Source: Octopus sinensis (Eukaryota). Taken from it: 64,000 bases of DNA. The stretch is taken from contig NC_042997.1 of the NCBI RefSeq assembly GCF_006345805.1, positions 157,542,001-157,606,000 of the forward strand, read 5' to 3'. Position 1 is the first letter of the stretch, and each line of letters starts with the position of its first letter. The notes beneath the pieces were generated by a model. The model saw nothing but the letters and a program-made list of their open reading frames with translations, was not told the DNA's origin and did no database searches. The position numbers and the translations under genes were made by a program. Positions 1 through 10,536 of this stretch are shown piece by piece.

Positions 1-335
1 TTGTAGCTTTTATATATTTAATTTGCTCGCGTATGTTTCGGTATTTTTCACTGTTATTTCTTATGCTATGACATGCCGGCACCCCCCGCCTTCTCGCTAC
101 TGTGACAGAGGATGGAAGAAGCAGCGAACGCGCTGGTTTCGATTGGCTGAAAATTCTGAAAATTATAATACTTTGAACACCTGTAACATTTTCGCAAAAT
201 TTTTCTGGGATAAAGGAATAACAAATTTGGATTCAGTGTCACAAGTTGCACCTATATACCACATTACAAAATCCTTTTTAAAGATTTCAATATGCAGGAA
301 CTCAAACCACGAAGATCCCACTGCCTTGACAAATA

Positions 336-445
336 TGTTTACAGCACCTAGATTTCACAAGCAGTCACCCATCTAAGTACTAACTAGGATCGACGTTAAC
401 TTCGGTGATCGGACGAGAGACGATGTTTTCAACTTCATATGGCGG
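336..445 (-). pseudogene. 5S rRNA-derived sequence (degenerate 5S copy or head of a 5S-derived SINE)
   Basis: Minus strand reads GCCATATGAAGTTGAAAACATCGTCTCTCGTCCGATCACCGAAGTTAA-CGTCGATCCTAGTTAGTACTTAGATGGGTGACTGCTTGTGAAATCTAGGTGCTGTAAAC. This aligns over nearly the full length of the metazoan 5S consensus, with a ~4-nt deletion in box A, substitutions in box C and no T4 terminator. Confidence 0.85.
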
Positions 446-723
446 ATCAAAATGAAAAGATCCGAGGTAAATAATTTGAGCTCGAATGCTGCGATTTCAT
501 TGGTTAAAATTCTTAAAATTAAACTACGTTTAAGTTACGAATTACAATTTTGTTTTCAATTTTGTTTGCAATAATGTTTTCTTTTGACACATTCTACCAG
601 TATACGAAGTTTCAAATTTTTTAGTTTACTAGGAAAATCTGGCCTTCAAAATGAAAAGATCCCATATGGCAGAAAAAGAACATGAGTTAATGAGAGTGAA
701 GCAGATATTAGTGGATAAATTGG

Positions 724-725
<2 letters not shown>

Positions 726-780
<55 letters not shown>

Positions 781-790
781 GGACAGATAG
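726..790. repeat. (GATA)n/(GACA)n microsatellite
   Basis: Direct reading of the sequence. Confidence 0.95.
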
Positions 791-932
791 AAATTTAAAA
801 AGAATTAGTGGGAGAGAGAACTAATGTGAATGCGTCTTGCTATGTTTGTATGTGTTTCTGCGTGTACCTAATTTTATATATTTGTGAGAGGATATTTGTA
901 TGTGTTTGAGTAAAATTAAAAATTTGGCAATT

Positions 933-1015
<83 letters not shown>

Positions 1016-1164
1016 AGGAGAGAGTTAGTGAGATAGAGAAAGTTTTAAGGATAGAGTAAGTTTTAGGGATTGTAATGGTTAGAAATTGAAGGTCAAACAG
1101 ATACATAGACGTAGCAATAGGCAAAAATAGGTAAGCTAAGAAATACAGGCAGACAAATAGATTG

Positions 1165-1166
1165 AT

Positions 1167-1237
<71 letters not shown>

Positions 1238-1267
1238 GTAGGTAGGTAGGTGGGGAGGTAGGTAGAT

Positions 1268-1303
<36 letters not shown>

Positions 1304-1317
1304 GTAGGTAGGTAGGT

Positions 1318-1356
<39 letters not shown>

Positions 1357-1366
1357 TAGATAGATA
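1165..1366. repeat. (GATA)n/(GGTA)n compound microsatellite
   Basis: Direct reading; source of the IYLS-repeat pseudo-ORFs. Confidence 0.95.
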
Positions 1367-1534
1367 TATGTTTCTTTATAGCCACACAGGGCTGCACACA
1401 GATAGAACAAATTACAAGGTAGAGCTTTTCTTTGAAGGTATTAAAAAAAAAAAAAAAAAAAAAAAAAAGGAAGGGGAAGGTTCGATCAAAGGGGATCGTA
1501 AAAGGAGAGAAAGGGACAAAAATAAGGGGGGTTA

Positions 1535-1566
<32 letters not shown>

Positions 1567-2047
1567 AGAGGAAAAAAAAAATGATCAATAGGGATCGTTA
1601 TCACAGAAATGTCAATATGAAGTGTAAAGGGGAGGACAGGTGAGGTTTACCCGTGGAAAGAAAAGCCTGCGGAAAAGACCACGGTAACCTCGGTCAATGA
1701 GTCACATTTTATATTTCTTTTTTTTTTTTTTTTTTTTTTTTTGCAAATAAGCAACTCTCTGTTTTCGATTTTTGGGTTCATAGGACTATTCTCAAGGTGG
1801 CTTCGTCATTTATACGTGCCATTCTTGCTACATTCACCCATCTTTTTTTAAAACATTCGCTAGACAAAACTTGCCTCTCTACTCTCACTTTCCTTTTCAA
1901 GTGGTACTTGAAGAAGTTGATGAGAGATTGACCAGAGAGGAAAGTGTTTGTCTCCAATCCTTTCAGACGCGTCCACCAGATACATTCTTTCGCCATAGCC
2001 ACAAGGATGATGAAAAGCTCTTCCTTCCCGTTTGAAGGAAGGAGGCG
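1367..2047 (-). mobile_element. 5'-truncated L1/Tx1-clade LINE, copy A (ORF2 C-terminus + 3'UTR)
   Basis: Minus strand encodes PPSFKREGRAFIILVAMAKECIWWTRLKGLETNTFLSGQSLINFFKYHLKRKVRVERQVLSSECFKKRW, matching the post-zinc-knuckle IW..R / F..RW end of L1/Tx1 ORF2. It is followed by a 3'UTR ending ...CAGCCCTGTGTGGCTATAAAGAAACATA. (TCTA)n on both sides. Confidence 0.75.
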
Positions 2048-2083
2048 TAGATAGTAGGTAGGTAGATAGATAGATAGATAGAG

Positions 2084-2117
<34 letters not shown>

Positions 2118-2118
2118 T

Positions 2119-2174
<56 letters not shown>

Positions 2175-2176
<2 letters not shown>

Positions 2177-2366
2177 TGTTCTCTTTTATATTCCCACACA
2201 GGGCTGCACACAGATGAACAAATTACAAGGTAGAGCTTTTCTTTTGAAGGTATTAAAAAAAAAAAAAAAAAAAAAAAAGGAAGGGGGAGGTTCGATCAAA
2301 AGGGATCGTAAAAGGAGAGAAAGAGACAAAAATAAGGGGGGTTAAAAAAAAAAAAAAGGGGGGGGA
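2175..2366 (-). mobile_element. 5'-truncated L1/Tx1 3'UTR, copy B
   Basis: Matches the last ~190 nt of copy A; (TCTA)n on both sides. Confidence 0.8.
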
Positions 2367-2383
2367 ATGAATAGATAGATATT

Positions 2384-2419
<36 letters not shown>

Positions 2420-2457
2420 TTAGATAGATAGATAGATAGATAGAGATAGATAAATAC

Positions 2458-2490
<33 letters not shown>

Positions 2491-3329
2491 TAGATAAATA
2501 TATAGATGAATAGAAAAAGATAGACAGATAGATATAGAGCAAGCGAGGGAGAAAGAAAGTGTGCAAGATAGTGTGTACTTGTGATTGTTTGCCTATGTGT
2601 GTTTTTGTGTGTTTATGTGTGTGAGCGAAAGAGAGAGAGAGAGAGAGAGATAAAGAGAGAGAGAGATATAGAGAGAAAGAGAGCAGCTTAAGAGAAAACG
2701 GGTGTTTGTAACTTTAGATAGATAAATTGGGTGGTAGCAAGTAGCCAAGAATGATAGACAGAAAGGGTAAAAAAGTAGAGAGTGAAAGAAAAAAAAACCC
2801 ATAGTGGCGGACCAATAGGCAGAGACAGGAAGGTAAGTACATAGAGAGAAAGAATGAGAGAGAGAGAGAAAGAGAAAGACAAAGAGTTGTAGAGAAGGGA
2901 AGAGAGAGTGGTGGTGGTGGTGATGGGGAAATGAAGTGAGCTGTAGAGAAATGTTAGTTGAGTTTTTTGCTGGTTTTGTATAGTAAGATCAGGTTTTTTA
3001 TGTGTCAGAGTGGATTACGCCTGGCACAGGATACTCTCGCGAACCAAGTCGACCTGCACCCCCTCTAACAAGCGTCCGTCAGTGCAGTCTGGCGCCACGA
3101 TTCAACGTCTCGTGGCCCTCCTCCAGAGCTTTCGTACCCCTACCACTGCTGATGCCCCCATTTCTGGAGCCGGCTGGCGAATTGAGCAAGATTTACTCTT
3201 GATACTGTGCTCTTGCCGCAGGAATTGAAACAAATCGACTAAAGAGAAGAAAAGTTTTAGAATTATAATTCCTTCTACCAGTTTTCTTAAGCAGAAGGGA
3301 GGAAAATAAGGGGGGGGAGAAAGAAGAAG

Positions 3330-3911
3330 GAGAAGAAGATGACGATGATGGTGATGATGATAATGATGATGAAGGAAAATGAAAGAAAGGGAATTAGTTG
3401 TAGGAATACCAGCTATAGTAAAAATGCGAAGTAGAAGCAAGCGGTCTTGATATAGACAACAATGATGATGATGATGATGATGACGAAGATGACGACGACG
3501 ACGACGACGACGATGATGATGATGATGATGATGATGATGATAATAACGGCAATGATGACGACAACGAGGAAGAAGACAGCGGAGGAGGAGGAGGGTAGAA
3601 GAAGAAGAAGAAGAAGAAGAAGAAGAAGAAGAGAAGAAGAAGAAGAAGAAGAAGAAGAAGAAGAAGAGAAAGTGGAGAAGTAGGATGAGAAGGGAAGGTG
3701 GGAGATGAAGTAAAAGAGAAAGATAAGAAAGAAGGAAAAATTAGTTGAAGAAAAGTAAAAACAATGCGAAGAAGGAAACAAAGAAAAAGTAAAGTACAAG
3801 ACAAAAAGACAAAAGAAAGGAGGATATGGAAAAGAAGATGGATGGGGAAAGGGGGGAATATGTAAAACAAGAAGGATGGTGCGGGAGAAGAAATAGAAGG
3901 TTTAGTAAATA

Positions 3912-4004
<93 letters not shown>

Positions 4005-4090
4005 TGAATAATAATGATAATAATAATAATAATAATGATGATGATGATGATGATGATGGTGATCATTATCATCATCATCATCATCATCAT
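3330..4090. repeat. Compound trinucleotide arrays (GAT/GAC/GAA/AAT/CAT) and purine tract
   Basis: Direct reading; explains the poly-M/T/E/R/N/Y/I pseudo-ORFs. Confidence 0.95.
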
Positions 4091-4224
4091 ACAGTGAGGG
4101 AAGGAAAAAATGTGATAGAGGTGATGTAGACAATAGAAATAGAGATGCGACTATATGCAACTGAATAAATAAGTGCAGGAAAAAGAGGAAGTTGTAGAAA
4201 CATAAGACAGAGAGAACGAGAGAG

Positions 4225-4270
<46 letters not shown>

Positions 4271-4623
4271 AGAGGAGAAAAGAGAGAGGAGAGAGAAAAA
4301 AAAAAAGAGGAGAGACGAAAAGGCAGACACCGATAATAGAAGTGGGCTAAACAACAATAACCACGACAAGTAAAAAAAATGATATAGAAAGTGTTGAGAA
4401 ATGTATATATATAAACAAACAAAAACAATAATTACGACTCTGTCAGAAATATGGTAAACAAAGTAAGAAGGAATTAATGATTTAATCTCACATTTACCAA
4501 ATGATGCTGTATGATATGCAATATTGTAGTCAATATGGATAGAAATATATCAACAGGATAAGTACATTACATATGCGCAAACGCACGCACACATCCCTGT
4601 CTCCCTCTGTACATATGCGTGTT

Positions 4624-4676
<53 letters not shown>

Positions 4677-4688
4677 ACCTATCTATTT

Positions 4689-5062
4689 CTATGAACAGTA
4701 AAAATTTAATACAAAGAGTAACTTATTTGTAAAAAAATATATATAACATGTGACTTCATTGACCGAGGTTACCGTGGTCTTTTCCTTAGGCTTTTCTTTC
4801 CATGGGTAAACCTCACTGTCTTCCCCTTTACACTTTATATTGACATTTCTGTGATAACGATCCCTATTGATTGATTTTTCTTTTTCCTTTTATTTTTATT
4901 TCCCTTCCACCTTTTTTTTTTTGCTTTTGCTTTCCTCTTTCATTCCTTTTACGATCCCTTTTGATCGAAAACCAACCCTCCTTTTTTATCCCCAAAAGAA
5001 AAGCTCTACCTTGTAATTTGTCCCGTCTGTGTGCAGCCCTGTGTGGCTAATAAAGAAACATA
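4689..5062 (+). mobile_element. 5'-truncated L1/Tx1 3'UTR, copy C (more diverged)
   Basis: Homologous to the 3'UTR of copies A and D (TGTGACTTCATTGACCGAGGTTACCGTGG... to ...GGCTAATAAAGAAACATA); CTATCTAT at the 5' side and (TCTA)n at the 3' side. Confidence 0.8.
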
Positions 5063-5084
5063 TCTATCTATCTATCTATCTATC

Positions 5085-5716
5085 TCATCCTTGTGGCTAT
5101 GGCGAAAGAATGTATCTGGTGGACGCGTCTGAAAGGATTGGAGACAAACACTTCCCTCTGGTCAATCTCTCATCAACTTCTTCTTCAAGTACCACTTGAA
5201 AAGGAAAGTGAGAGTAGAGAGGCAAGTTTTGTCTAGCGAATGTTTTAAAAAAAGATGGTTGAATGTAGCAAGAATGGCACGTATGAATGACGAGCCACCT
5301 TGAGCATAGTCCTATGAACCCAGAAATCGAAAACAGAGAGTTGCTTATTTGCAAAAAAAAAAAAAAAAAAAAAAAAAGAATATAAATGTGACTTCATTGA
5401 CCGAGGTTACCGTGGTCTTTTCTGCAGGCTTTTCTTTCCACGGTAAACCTCACCTGTCCTCCCCTTTACACTTCATATTGACATTTCTGTGATAAAACGA
5501 TCCCTATTGATCATTTTTTTTCTCTCCCCCCTTTTTTTTTTTTTTTTTTTTTAACCCCCTTATTTTTGTCCTCTTTCTCTCCTTTTACGATCCCTTTTGA
5601 TCGAACTCCCCTTCCTTTTTTTTTTTTTTTTTTTTTTTTTAATACCTTCAAAAGAAAAGCTCTACCTTGTAATTTGTTCTATCTGTGTGCAGCCCTGTGT
5701 GGCTAATAAAGAAACA

Positions 5717-5718
<2 letters not shown>
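5085..5718 (+). mobile_element. 5'-truncated L1/Tx1-clade LINE, copy D
   Basis: Reverse complement of copy A over ~630 nt (ILVAMAKECIWWTRLKG...), with one frameshift; (TCTA)n on both sides. Confidence 0.8.
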
Positions 5719-5780
<62 letters not shown>

Positions 5781-5929
5781 GTGGTTGCGTGGTAAGAAGC
5801 TTGCTTTCCAGTCACATGATTCCGGGTCAGTCCGACAGCGTGGTATCTCGGGTAAGTCACTTCTACAATATCATCGGACCGACCAAAGCCTTGTGAGTAG
5901 ATCTGGTAGACGGAAACTGAAAGAAGCCC
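5781..5929 (+). mobile_element. tRNA-derived SINE head (family A)
   Basis: GTGGTAAGAAGCTTGCT...GACCAAAGCCTTGTGAGTAGATCTGGTAGACGGAAACTGAAAGAAGCCC; the same body recurs more than 10 times in the window. Confidence 0.8.
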
Positions 5930-5960
5930 TTCTCACACACAGAAGCATGACGAGTAAATA

Positions 5961-6018
5961 GAATAAAAGTAAATAAAAGTAAATAAAAGTAAATAAAGTA
6001 AATAAAAGTAAATAAAAC
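5961..6018. repeat. 10-bp minisatellite (AAATAAAAGT)n
   Basis: About 5-6 tandem units read directly. Confidence 0.9.
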
Positions 6019-6109
6019 ATCATTTTATGTATATTCTAAATTGTAAAGTTTTATACTTTTCATTAATTTACATTTTTATGTTTCAGGTTCTATATGTGGC
6101 TGTTTAATC

Positions 6110-6592
6110 ATACCATGTGCAAAAGAAGCCTTGGAACTGTTTGAATTTCAAAGAAGCCCTATTGCAGGTCATTCTGAAGGTGGACATAGTCAGCGTAAAA
6201 TCGCAGAAAGCCTTGGGATCCCGCTTTCTACAGTTAATAGAGTGATTGTGCAATTCACCAGAAGGGGGAAGGAGTCGACATCACCTCGCCAAATCAACTA
6301 AGGCCCTCTGACAGGATCCTTCTCTTTGCTAAGAAGAAGTGTGGAGGATACTCCTTGTTACAGAAGAAGCTGATGTCAGTCCCAGAACAGCTGTCAGATA
6401 TCTCCACAAACTTGGTTACTATGGCAGAGCAGCTGGAAGGAAGCCACTCCTTCGACCAGCCAACATCAAGCGGAGAATATCAGTGAAATGATGGTGAGGC
6501 CACTAGCGTTTTGGGACTCTATCATATGCTCTAATGAATCCAGATTTGCTGTATTTCCTGACAGTGGTCGTGTGTGGGTCTGGAGACTGTGA
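6110..6592 (+). pseudogene. Tc1-family transposase, N-terminal relic
   Basis: Translates across frameshifts to [25 protein letters not shown] (HTH), VSPRTAVRYLHKLGYYGRAAGRKPLLRPANIKRR, and WDSIICSNESRF...SGRVWVWR (the Tc1 W..VIFSDES motif with D to N). Confidence 0.85.
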
Positions 6593-6692
6593 TAAAAAAT
6601 CTGATGTGAAAATATGCAGCCAATAAGATGTCCTCAAACATCTTACACACTCTGCATAATATATATATTATATATAATAATACACCCCACCA

Positions 6693-6752
<60 letters not shown>

Positions 6753-6910
6753 CTTTATTTAAAGCAGCAGAAAATTCAACAAAATCTGTTACTCTGAGGT
6801 TCTCGTTGCCGTTCATCAGACAGTTTTTGCTAGCAAAAACTGTCTGATGAACGGCAACGAGAAACTCAGAGTAACAGATTTTGTTGAATTTTCTGCTGCT
6901 TTAAATAAAG
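6753..6910. repeat. 158-bp near-perfect palindrome made of two Penelope pLTR ends
   Basis: Arms 6753-6831 and 6832-6910 are reverse complements with one mismatch (6799/6864); centre TGCTAGCA; embedded in (TA)n. Confidence 0.9.
6836..6885 (+). ncRNA. Type I minimal hammerhead ribozyme-like motif
   Basis: CTGT-CTGATGA-ACG gcaa CGA-GAAA-CTC a GAG-TA-ACAG: stem I CTGT/ACAG, intact core, weak stem II (A.A at 10.1/11.1), 3-bp stem III. The minus-strand copy has GAAC instead of GAAA. Confidence 0.65.
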
Positions 6911-6981
6911 CATATTACTCTACCACTGGTATTTGAGTACTCTTTTTTCCACCTTGTTTCACATATATGTGTTTACTCCGG

Positions 6982-7019
<38 letters not shown>

Positions 7020-7550
7020 GCCTACTTAACTGGACGACATTTCTTCTCACCTCTCGACATTTTTTCTCTATCTTTTTTTCTCTTCTAATATTTTTGCCTC
7101 TAGCATCTATTCTATATCCTTTCAAAGTTTCCCCCAGGCGTTACCCATTACAATTCGTTTTGGCCTAACAGCCCTTAATGTTTCTCTTCGTCGATTGTTT
7201 ACCCTGTACGTCCACCCTGCCGTTGTTTGTTCGTTCGAAGCTCTAACTCTCCAGAATTTTTATATTTTAAAAATATCTGGGTGTTGCCGTTTAATGAAGT
7301 TTTTCTATATTGTCGTTGAAAGCTCGAAATAGGGAGTAATTAACAGTCGACAACTGAGAAGAGGTTAGACTTCTTGTGGTATTTTGTCCCGTACTTGTTT
7401 CTCTTTATGTGTGTACGTAATTTTCACTAGTTGGTGATGTCCTGTTCTTATTGTATATTTTGGGGTAATTTGTCCTGTACTTGTCGCTCGTGTGTCAACG
7501 TATTTTTCACTCGTTGGTGATGTCATGTACTTGATTATTTTATATTTATT

Positions 7551-7592
<42 letters not shown>

Positions 7593-7616
7593 TACACACA
7601 CACACACGTAAATATT

Positions 7617-7657
7617 TTAGGCGCAGAAGTGATTGTGTGGTAAGTAGCTTCCTTACT
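7617..7657 (+). mobile_element. SINE family A 5' head, split by insertion
   Basis: TAGGCGCAGAAGTGATTGTGTGGTAAGTAGCTTCCTTACT; the SINE resumes at 9662. Confidence 0.8.
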
Positions 7658-9661
7658 TCCGCACATGCGCATTGGTGTTTTGCTTCAACACTTGAACAAG
7701 GACATGAGTTAGTGTGCTCCGTCCTAAAACTGAAAATTAACTGGTGATTTTTTTTTTTTCTTTTTGAGGTGGGCATGATTTATTGTTTTGGAATTTTTTT
7801 CAGTAAATTTCGCCCAGCTCTTGGACAATTTCGCCTGCTTTCGGCGGCTATTGTGACTTTTGCTTGTTGAAAAAATGTTTGGGGCGTATCCCCGCACAAA
7901 AATTGAAGTTTGTTCCAGTCATTTTTTGTGGCCCATTGTGGCGAAGATTAGTCTTCTGTGGATTTAAGATTCCAGCTCGGAGTACCAGCCAAAGAAGAGG
8001 GCCAGGAGTACCTGTGGTCGGAATTGAGTAGTTGCCATTTGGAACCATATTTTTATTTCTTCCGTGTTTTTCCTTCTAATTTTTGAACTGTCCTTTTTGT
8101 TTTCTTTTGTCTTATTTTTTTACTGTCTATTTTTCGTTCAGACTTATTTTTTCTAGTGTATTTCTATTTTTGTGGACATTTGAACTTTCTTCCTCATGGC
8201 GATAAAGAATGGTGCCGCTGCTTTGGAGAGGGAGATTGTCCCACCCAAGCAGTGGTTAAAAGATATGGAGGAGAGGACGATGGTGGTTAGAACTTATTCT
8301 AAAGTGCTTGATTCCATCACCGTCTTCCCAAAACCAGTTATAGAAAATGAACTGAAAGACTATTTGTCCTCTGTGAAATACATATCCCGTGGTGTCAAAC
8401 ATGCAACCGTATGGTTGCTGTTTGACAATTTGCGAGTCAGCCCTTAGAGGGCAACGAAATTAATAAGAGCCTGGGTATGTGGGTTACCCCCAGGCACCGA
8501 GGCGGGTTGGATTGAAGATACCATCCGACGGGGACTGGGGGGATAGCGGGCCCAGGCTCTTAAATGTAAGAGTATCGCCAGCAGTCGATTGGGAAGGCTC
8601 AAAAGCGATTTTGAACCTGTGGACCCCATCGGCCGCAACAGATCTGGTGGCTGGCTGCAAGTATCCGGTGATACTTAAGGGACGTCCCCCAAGTATTACT
8701 CGTGCCTGCAGCCAGGCCACATTAAAAAGAACTGCCCCCAGGACAATGGTAAGGGCCTGGAACAGTCACTGGATGCCACCTCCCCTACCCGGTCAAAGGG
8801 AGAGGTGGATGTGGTTGAGAAGGTTAACCCAAAAAGGATTAAAAAGGAAGAAGGTGGGCAATAATGGTTGCCCGCCGAAGGACCCTAAGGCTTCGGGAGG
8901 TAGGGGAGAGACTCCAGACAAAGCGGAAGAGCTCCGCTCTCCCGAAGTCAGGAAGAAAAGAAAGAAAAGAAAGAAGAACGGGTCATTGCAGGTGGGAGGT
9001 GATATGCCGTCTGCATGTCCCGAAGTTGTGCCCCCACGGTGGAAGAAACGACCCCCACCCTTAAAGATGATGAATTAATTATCTTTTTCTACAAGGGCGG
9101 GGAGGTGGAAAAAATAGTAGAAGAACATAAAGAGACAGTAGATATACCATTCACACGGGATCCCGAATGGCCTCTGCGGATAGTTGTAGAGGTTATAAGG
9201 TTTCCCTTGTGGGAAAGGCTTAAAGGATTTGGTGAGGAGCGTCGCATATGGCCGGGTGGCCCTTACACGACTTACATGTCCTACATGAGTGAGGCATGGG
9301 AAATGGCGGGATACAGGAACTCAAGCGGCATTGAAGATAATGATGGATATATTGATGGATATATCGATGAGTAGGAGGTGAAAAAGCCTCGTTAGAGGGT
9401 TTGAAACCTCATCTTATTGTATTATTTGTAGTGGTTTATAACCTCAATTGTGTATTTAAAAAAACATGTTTAGTAAGAGGTCTTAGTGCCTCCTTCTTGT
9501 AAGAGGTTTGAAACCTCATATTGACTTTTAAAAAAAGAAAATATGTTTTCGGGAAAAATCCAATCGGCGGTTGTTGGGTTTCGTCTCTCATTAATGTGTT
9601 TGTTCAGCCCGTAAAGCTACCCAATCTTTGTACTGTCTTTATGGCAAATTTGATAAAAAAA
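7658..9661 (+). mobile_element. Full-length ORF1-only (HAL1-like) non-autonomous L1/Tx1-type retroposon
   Basis: 16-bp TSD AAGTAGCTT(C/G)CTTACT at 7642-7657 and 9662-9677; short A-tail at 9655-9663; ~540-nt 5'UTR, degenerate gag-like ORF1 and ~290-nt 3'UTR; no endonuclease or RT sequence. Confidence 0.8.
8196..9374 (+). pseudogene. Degenerate Tx1/L1-type ORF1 (gag-like, CCHC knuckle)
   Basis: Overlapping ORFs 8196-8447, 8479-9078 and 9015-9374. After VILKGRPP a frameshift gives K-Y-Y-S-C-L-Q-P-G-H-I-K-K-N-C-P (8691-8738), a CX2CX4HX4C knuckle with the first C changed to Y, followed by a basic/low-complexity tail. Confidence 0.7.
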
Positions 9662-10017
9662 AAGTAGCTTGCTTACTAACCACATGGTTCCGGGTTCAGT
9701 CCCACTGCGTGGCACCTTGGACAAGTGTTTTCTACTATAGCCTCGGGCCGACCAAAGCCTTGTGAGTAGATTCGGTTCACGGAAACTGAAAGAAGTAACT
9801 CGTATATATACATGTATATATTTGTATGTGTGTCTGTGTTTCTCCCCACCACAACATCGATGTTGGTGTGTTTACATCCCCGTAACTGCAAAAAGAGAAC
9901 GATAGAATAAGTACTAGGCTTATAAAGAATAAGTCCTGGGGTCGGTTTTTTCGACTAAAGGCGGTGCTCCAGCATTGCCGCAGTCAAATTACTGAAACAA
10001 ATAAGAGAATAAAAGAA
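9662..10017 (+). mobile_element. SINE family A, body and tail
   Basis: CACATGGTTCCGGGTTCAGTCCCACTGCGTGGCACC (B box) ... GATAGAATAAGTACTAGGC ... GGCGGTGCTCCAGCAT ... CTGAAACAAATAAGAG. Confidence 0.85.
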
Positions 10018-10189
10018 TATGTATGCATATTTATGTGTGTCCATCTTTGTGTCTGCGTTTAGCCTCTCACCATCACTTGACAACCTATGTTGGTCTGTTG
10101 ACATCCCCATAACTTAGCAGTTCGGCAAAAGACAGCGATAGGATAAGTCTTAGGGTTAGATAGATAGATAGATAGATATACATATATAC

Positions 10190-10352
10190 AATAGGCTTTT
10201 TTCAATTTCTGTCTACCAAATTCAGTCACAAGGCTTTGGTTAACCTGGGGCTACAGTAGAAGACACTTGCCCAAGGTGCCACACAGTGGGACTACAAACC
10301 TGGAAACCTGTGATTGGGAAGCAAGCTTCTTACTGTACAGTCACGCCTTTGC
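10190..10352 (-). mobile_element. SINE family A head
   Basis: Reverse complement of the family A head and body. Confidence 0.75.
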
Positions 10353-10420
10353 CTTATATATATATATATATATATATATCTAGATATATAAATATAATAT
10401 ATTTATATATATATATATGT

Positions 10421-10470
<50 letters not shown>

Positions 10471-10536
10471 TATGTTTATACATATATAATAAGAACAATC
10501 TTACTTAGAAATGGATGCATGCGTTCCGCCATATAA

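Noticed and set aside
840-1604. 254-aa ORF and the many IYLS/YI/VC/HT/poly-N/poly-I ORFs throughout the track
   Set aside because: These are translations of (GATA)n, (TA)n, (TG)n, (AAT)n and homopolymers; there is no coding signal.
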